A stretch of DNA of 64,000 nucleotides from an uncultured Candidatus Rokubacteria bacterium (GTDB lineage Bacteria > Methylomirabilota > Methylomirabilia > Rokubacteriales > DASRDR01). The stretch covers positions 288,001 through 352,000 of the forward strand of contig CAWGVS010000012.1 of the NCBI GenBank assembly GCA_963826115.1. Reading direction: 5' to 3'. Both the position numbers and the translations under genes were made by a program. The notes below the pieces were generated by a model that was given only the letters and a program-made list of their open reading frames with translations, ran no database searches and had not been told where the DNA came from. Every line of letters begins with the position of its first letter. Positions within the stretch are counted from its first letter, which is position 1. Of the stretch, positions 58,076 to 64,000 are shown one piece after another.

Positions 58076-59889
58076 AAGTGCCGCCCGAGATCCTCGACGA
58101 GATCCGGGCGCGCGTGGATCTCGTGGATCTGGTGGGGGCGGTGGTGCCGTTGAAGCGCGCGGGCGAGCGCTGGAAAGGGCTCTGCCCCTTCCACCAGGAG
58201 AAGACGCCCTCCTTCACGGTCCATCCGAAACTCCACCTCTTCCACTGCTTCGGGTGCCACGCCGGCGGCGACGCCTTCGAGTTCCTGCGCCGACACGACC
58301 GTCTCGAGTTCCCCGAAGCCGTGCGCCTCCTGGCGGAGCGGGTGGGCGTGCCCCTGCCCGGCCGCGAGGCGACGCCGGAGGCCAGCGCCCGCGACGGGCT
58401 CCTCCAGCTCATGGAGTGGGCGGCCCGCCGCTTCGAGGCCGGGCTCTGGGACGGGCCGGACGCGGCGCGCGCCCGCCAGTACCTCGAGGGCCGCGGCATC
58501 GGCCGCGAGACGGCGCAGGCGTTCCGGCTCGGCTACGCGCCCGAAGGCTGGGACCATCTCCTCGGCGCCGCGCGCAAGGATGGCCATGCCGTCGAGTCGC
58601 TCCTCGCCGCGGGGCTCGTCATCCCCCGGCAGAACGGGCCAGGGCACTACGACCGCTTCCGGGGCCGCCTCATCTTCCCGATCGCGGACACGCAGGGGCG
58701 CGTCATCGCGTTCGGCGGGCGCGGCCTCGCCGGGGAGGAGCCGAAATACCTGAACTCCCCCGAGACGCCGCTCTACCAGAAGGGGCAGACCCTCTACGCG
58801 CTCCACCGCGCGCGCGAGCGCATGACCGACGGGCGGCGCGCGCTCCTGGTCGAGGGCTACGTCGACTGCTTGATGGCCCACCAGTACGGGTTCGGCGAGG
58901 CGGTGGCGGTCCTCGGCACCGCGCTCACGCCGCCCCAGCTCGGGCTCCTCCGCCGCTACGCCGACGAGGCGATCCTCTTCTTCGACGCCGACCGCGCCGG
59001 CCAGGAAGCGGCGCGGCGCGCCGAGGACCTGCTGGAGCGCTCGGCGGATCCCCAGTGGTGGGCGCTCAGCCGGCGCTCGGACACGCTCACGCGCCGGGGC
59101 CTCCGGCTCCGGGTGGCGACCCTCCCGGCGGGCCACGACCCGGACACCTTCCTGCGCGCGGAAGGGGCCGCGGCGCTCGAAGCCGCCTGCCAGGCGGCGC
59201 GTCCTCTCCTCCTCTACGCCCTCGATCGCGTGTTCGCCGAGGAGGACACCGCGAGCCCCCGCGGCCGCGCGACCGGCAGCGCCCGCGTCGCCCTCATGCT
59301 CTCGAAGGTGCAGGACGGCGACGAGGCGATCGAGCTCGGGCGCGAGGCGGCCCGGCGGCTCGGCGTCGACCCGAGCGACCTCTGGCTCCAGGCCCAGCGC
59401 CTGGCCGAGGCGGTCCGCCCCGCGGCGCCGCCGGCCGCGTCGGCCGCGGCCGCGCCGCCGGAGGTCACCTGGTTCGAGCGGGATCTCTGCCAGCTCGTGC
59501 TCCAGGTCCCGGACGCGCGGGCGGCCCTCGTGCCCCTCATCGATCCCGCCGGCATCGCGCACCCGGCCGCGCGGGCGATCCTGACGGCCCTCCGGGACGA
59601 GCCGGCGCTGTCGCCGGAGACCCTCCTCCCGCGCATTCCCGACGAGGGGGCGCGCGTGCTCGTCGCGCGGTGGCTGGTCGAGGAGCGCGAGTGGCCCGAC
59701 CTCGCCGCCGAGGTCGCCGCGCGGCGCCGCCGGCTCGAGCGCCGGCAGGCCCAGCGCCGGGTCCGCGAGATCTCGCAGACGGTGGCCCAATCCGAGGCCG
59801 CCGGCTCCCCGACGGATTTCACCTCGCTTCACGCCGCCATCGGGCAGGAGACGGCTCGCATCCGGGCCGACGCCGGGAGCGGCCCGTGA
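58072..59889 (+). CDS. dnaG: DNA primase
   Basis: CPFH.EKTPSF..C.GC zinc domain, [17 protein letters not shown] and FDAD.AG Toprim motifs. Confidence 0.96.
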   Translation: MKVPPEILDEIRARVDLVDLVGAVVPLKRAGERWKGLCPFHQEKTPSFTVHPKLHLFHCFGCHAGGDAFEFLRRHDRLEFPEAVRLLAERVGVPLPGREATPEASARDGLLQLMEWAARRFEAGLWDGPDAARARQYLEGRGIGRETAQAFRLGYAPEGWDHLLGAARKDGHAVESLLAAGLVIPRQNGPGHYDRFRGRLIFPIADTQGRVIAFGGRGLAGEEPKYLNSPETPLYQKGQTLYALHRARERMTDGRRALLVEGYVDCLMAHQYGFGEAVAVLGTALTPPQLGLLRRYADEAILFFDADRAGQEAARRAEDLLERSADPQWWALSRRSDTLTRRGLRLRVATLPAGHDPDTFLRAEGAAALEAACQAARPLLLYALDRVFAEEDTASPRGRATGSARVALMLSKVQDGDEAIELGREAARRLGVDPSDLWLQAQRLAEAVRPAAPPAASAAAAPPEVTWFERDLCQLVLQVPDARAALVPLIDPAGIAHPAARAILTALRDEPALSPETLLPRIPDEGARVLVARWLVEEREWPDLAAEVAARRRRLERRQAQRRVREISQTVAQSEAAGSPTDFTSLHAAIGQETARIRADAGSGP

Positions 59890-59930
59890 CACCTGGTTCG
59901 CCCGAACCCCACGACGGAGGACGCACGTCC

Positions 59931-61682
<1,752 letters not shown>

Positions 61683-61801
61683 GCGCCGCCGGGCGGCCGC
61701 CGTCGTTCGATCCATCCCGCGGGGCGGCGCCCGCGCGGGGCGGCCGTGCGCTCACGCCGGTTTGTCGCTCCGTCCGAAATCTGCTAGCATCACGTGCGTT
61801 C

Positions 61802-61877
61802 GGGCCCATAGCTCAATTGGCAGAGCCGCCGGCTCATAACCGGTCTGGTCCTGGTTCGAGTCCGGGTGGGCCCACCA
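61802..61877 (+). tRNA. tRNA with CAT anticodon, most likely tRNA-Ile2 (lysidine)
   Basis: GGGCCCA/TGGGCCC acceptor stem, CTCATAA loop, TTCGAG T-loop, CCA; lacks initiator features. Confidence 0.88.
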
Positions 61878-61884
61878 CTTAGCG

Positions 61885-62592
61885 ATGGATCCACACCTTC
61901 AGCGTCTCCAGGAGCTCCAGGTTCTCGACAGCCGGATCGCCGGCCTCGAGCGGAAGCTCGAGGCGATACCCGGCCGCATCCAGACCATCCGCGACGGACT
62001 CCAGCAGGCGAAGGCGGGCGTGGACGGCATCCGGACCCGGCTCGACGGCGCCCGCAAGGACATGCGCTCCAAGGAGAAGGATCTCGAGTACCAGGGGAGC
62101 CAGCGGAAGAAGCTCGAGGCCAAGCTCTACGAGGTCAAGACCAACAAGGAGTACTCCGCCGCCCTGTCCGAGATCGAGGGATCCAAGGTCGAGAAGAACC
62201 GCATCGAGGAGGAGATCCTGGGTCTGATGGAGCTCCAGGAGCGCCTCGGCCGCGAGGTCGTCGAGGGCGACGCGCGGCTTCGCCCCCATGAGGCGGAGGC
62301 CCGGGTCCAGGAGGCGGCCGCCACCGAGGAGATGCGGGCCCTCGAGGTCGACCTCGAGGGCGCCCGGAGCGAGCGGAAGACCGCGGCCCGCGACGTGCCG
62401 CGGGACGTGCTCGCACAGTACGGCCGGCTCCTCAAGGTGCGCGGCGGGCTGGCGGTGGCGCTGGTCGGGAGCAACGGGATCTGCTCCGGCTGCCGGGTCA
62501 CCCTCACGCCCCAGCGCTTCAACGAGGTCCGGCAGTCCAGCCAGATCTTCGTCTGCGAGAACTGCGGCCGCTTCCTCTACTACCAGCCGTAG
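61885..62592 (+). CDS. Coiled-coil + C4 zinc-ribbon protein (DUF164/CT398/HP0958-like)
   Basis: LQELQ.LD, NKEY.A, CSGC and CENCGRFLY motifs. Confidence 0.88.
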   Translation: MDPHLQRLQELQVLDSRIAGLERKLEAIPGRIQTIRDGLQQAKAGVDGIRTRLDGARKDMRSKEKDLEYQGSQRKKLEAKLYEVKTNKEYSAALSEIEGSKVEKNRIEEEILGLMELQERLGREVVEGDARLRPHEAEARVQEAAATEEMRALEVDLEGARSERKTAARDVPRDVLAQYGRLLKVRGGLAVALVGSNGICSGCRVTLTPQRFNEVRQSSQIFVCENCGRFLYYQP

Positions 62593-62641
62593 CCCGCATC
62601 CCCACGCCCGGCCGCCGCCGACCGGCGAATCCGTGAGGGCC

Positions 62642-64000
62642 GTGGCCGAGACCCTCGGACCCTTCGACTACGTCGTGGTGGGCGCCGGCAGCGCCGGCTG
62701 CGTGCTCGCGAACCGGCTCTCGGCCGACCCCGCGACCCGCGTGCTCCTTCTCGAGGCCGGGGGCCGGGACAACTACTTCTGGATCTGGATCCCGGTCGGC
62801 TATCTCTTCACGATCAACAACCCCCGGACCGACTGGTGCTTCAAGACCGAGTCCGAGCCCGGCCTCAACGGGCGGTCGCTCAACTACGCGCGCGGAAGGG
62901 TCCTGGGCGGCTGCTCCTCCATCAACGCGATGATCTACATGCGGGGGCAACAGAGCGACTACGACCACTGGGCCACGCTCGGCAACCGCGGCTGGTCGTG
63001 GAAGGAGGTCCTCCCCCACTTCATCCGCGTGGAGGACTACGCGCACGGCGCCGACGAGCTCCACGGCGCCGGCGGCGAGCTCCGGGTCGAGGAGCGGCGC
63101 GTCAGCTGGGAGATCCTCGACGCCTGGCGCGAGGCGGCGGCCGAGTGCGGGATCCCGAAGATCGCCGAGTTCAACCGCGGCGACAACTTCGGCAACGCCT
63201 ACTTCCAGGTCAACCAACGCCGCGGCGTCCGCGTCAACATGGTCCGCGCGTTCCTGCGGCCGGTCCGGCACCGGCCGAACCTGACCGTGCTCACCGACGT
63301 CCACGCGAACCGGGTGACGCTCGAGGGGCCGGGCGGCCTCCGCGCGACCGGCGTCGAGATCCGACGTGCGGACGGCTCGACGGCCGTGGCCCTCGCTCGC
63401 CGCGAGGTCGTCCTCGCCGCGGGGGCGATCGGCTCGCCCCAGCTGCTCCAGCTCTCCGGCATCGGCCCCGGCGAGCTCCTCCAGGCCCACGGCATCCCGG
63501 TGGCCCACGCGCTCCCGGGGGTCGGCGAGAACCTCCACGACCACCTCCAGGTCCGGATGATGTACAAGGTCCGGAACGTCCGGACGCTGAACGAGCGCGC
63601 CAACAGCCTCCTCGGCAAGGGGCTCATGGGCCTCGAGTACTTCCTGTTCCGGACGGGGCCGCTCACGATGCCGCCGTCGCAGCTCGGCGCCTTCGCGAAG
63701 AGCGACCCGGCGCAGCCGAGCGCGAACATCGAGTGGCACGTCCAGCCGCTCAGCCTCGACAAGTTCGGGGAGCCGCTCCATCCCTTCCCGGCGATCACCC
63801 CGTCGGTCTGCAACCTCCGCCCGACGAGCCGGGGCTCCGTGCGAATCGCGAGCCCGGATCCCCGGGCGCACCCCGCCATCCGCGTGAACTACCTCGCCAC
63901 GCCCGAGGACCGGCGCGTCGCCGTCGACGGCATGCGCTTCACCCGGCGGATCATGGCGGCCCGCGCCCTCGCGCGCTACGCGCCGGAGGAATGGAAGCCC
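62642..64000 (+). CDS. GMC oxidoreductase (choline dehydrogenase-like), truncated at the window end
   Basis: Read by hand (absent from the ORF track): FDYVVVGAGSAGCVLANRLS, LLEAG, RGRVLGGCSSINAMIYMRG, SPQLLQLSGIG, VGENLHDH. Confidence 0.9.
   Translation, partial: MAETLGPFDYVVVGAGSAGCVLANRLSADPATRVLLLEAGGRDNYFWIWIPVGYLFTINNPRTDWCFKTESEPGLNGRSLNYARGRVLGGCSSINAMIYMRGQQSDYDHWATLGNRGWSWKEVLPHFIRVEDYAHGADELHGAGGELRVEERRVSWEILDAWREAAAECGIPKIAEFNRGDNFGNAYFQVNQRRGVRVNMVRAFLRPVRHRPNLTVLTDVHANRVTLEGPGGLRATGVEIRRADGSTAVALARREVVLAAGAIGSPQLLQLSGIGPGELLQAHGIPVAHALPGVGENLHDHLQVRMMYKVRNVRTLNERANSLLGKGLMGLEYFLFRTGPLTMPPSQLGAFAKSDPAQPSANIEWHVQPLSLDKFGEPLHPFPAITPSVCNLRPTSRGSVRIASPDPRAHPAIRVNYLATPEDRRVAVDGMRFTRRIMAARALARYAPEEWKP

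Noticed and set aside
61802-61877. Initiator tRNA-fMet or an integration site
   Set aside because: Paired G1-C72 and no run of three G-C pairs in the anticodon stem; no integrase or duplicated 3' end seen

Overview
Very GC-rich bacterial chromosomal segment made mostly of core genes. Gene order and style are reminiscent of Ca. Rokubacteria/Methylomirabilota or deltaproteobacteria-like lineages (inference only). From left to right: a sigma54-type type IV minor-pilin operon (FimT/PilV/PilW/giant PilX-like); an orphan hexaheme ActA-like cytochrome with a class III aminotransferase and DUF4392; cysD-cysNC; an AIR-synthase-like/CBS-ACT/CitE-like cluster; a lipoprotein; mreBCD-mrdA-rodA-rng; alkA-DUF971-MFS-DUF1989-HNH; two tandem KimA-like transporters; rpsF-ssb-rpsR-DUF2232-rplI-dnaB; groESL with a perfect CIRCE; a DtxR-family regulator with an Fe3+ ABC transporter; mrfAB; vanZ; rlmD; MFS-dciA-TPR-lolB-like-ispE-tRNA-Gln-prs-rplY-pth; rpsU-mutS2(frameshifted)-dnaG-rpoD-tRNA(CAT); a zinc-ribbon protein; and a truncated GMC oxidoreductase. 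I saw no CRISPR array, integrase or transposase. The most unusual signal is the ~410-bp gene-free gap at 22926-23335. Its minus strand carries a 21-nt complement of the canonical 16S rRNA 3' end, followed by a 14-codon micro-ORF inside mutually exclusive RNA helices and two further structured domains: a candidate undescribed structured RNA or micro-peptide system. Other oddities are two probable CTG starts coupled to upstream TGA stops, a CysD with an APS-reductase-like four-cysteine motif, an ispE stop codon inside tRNA-Gln, and a perfect palindrome over the mrfA -35 box. All calls come from reading motifs by eye; no database searches or folding computations were run.
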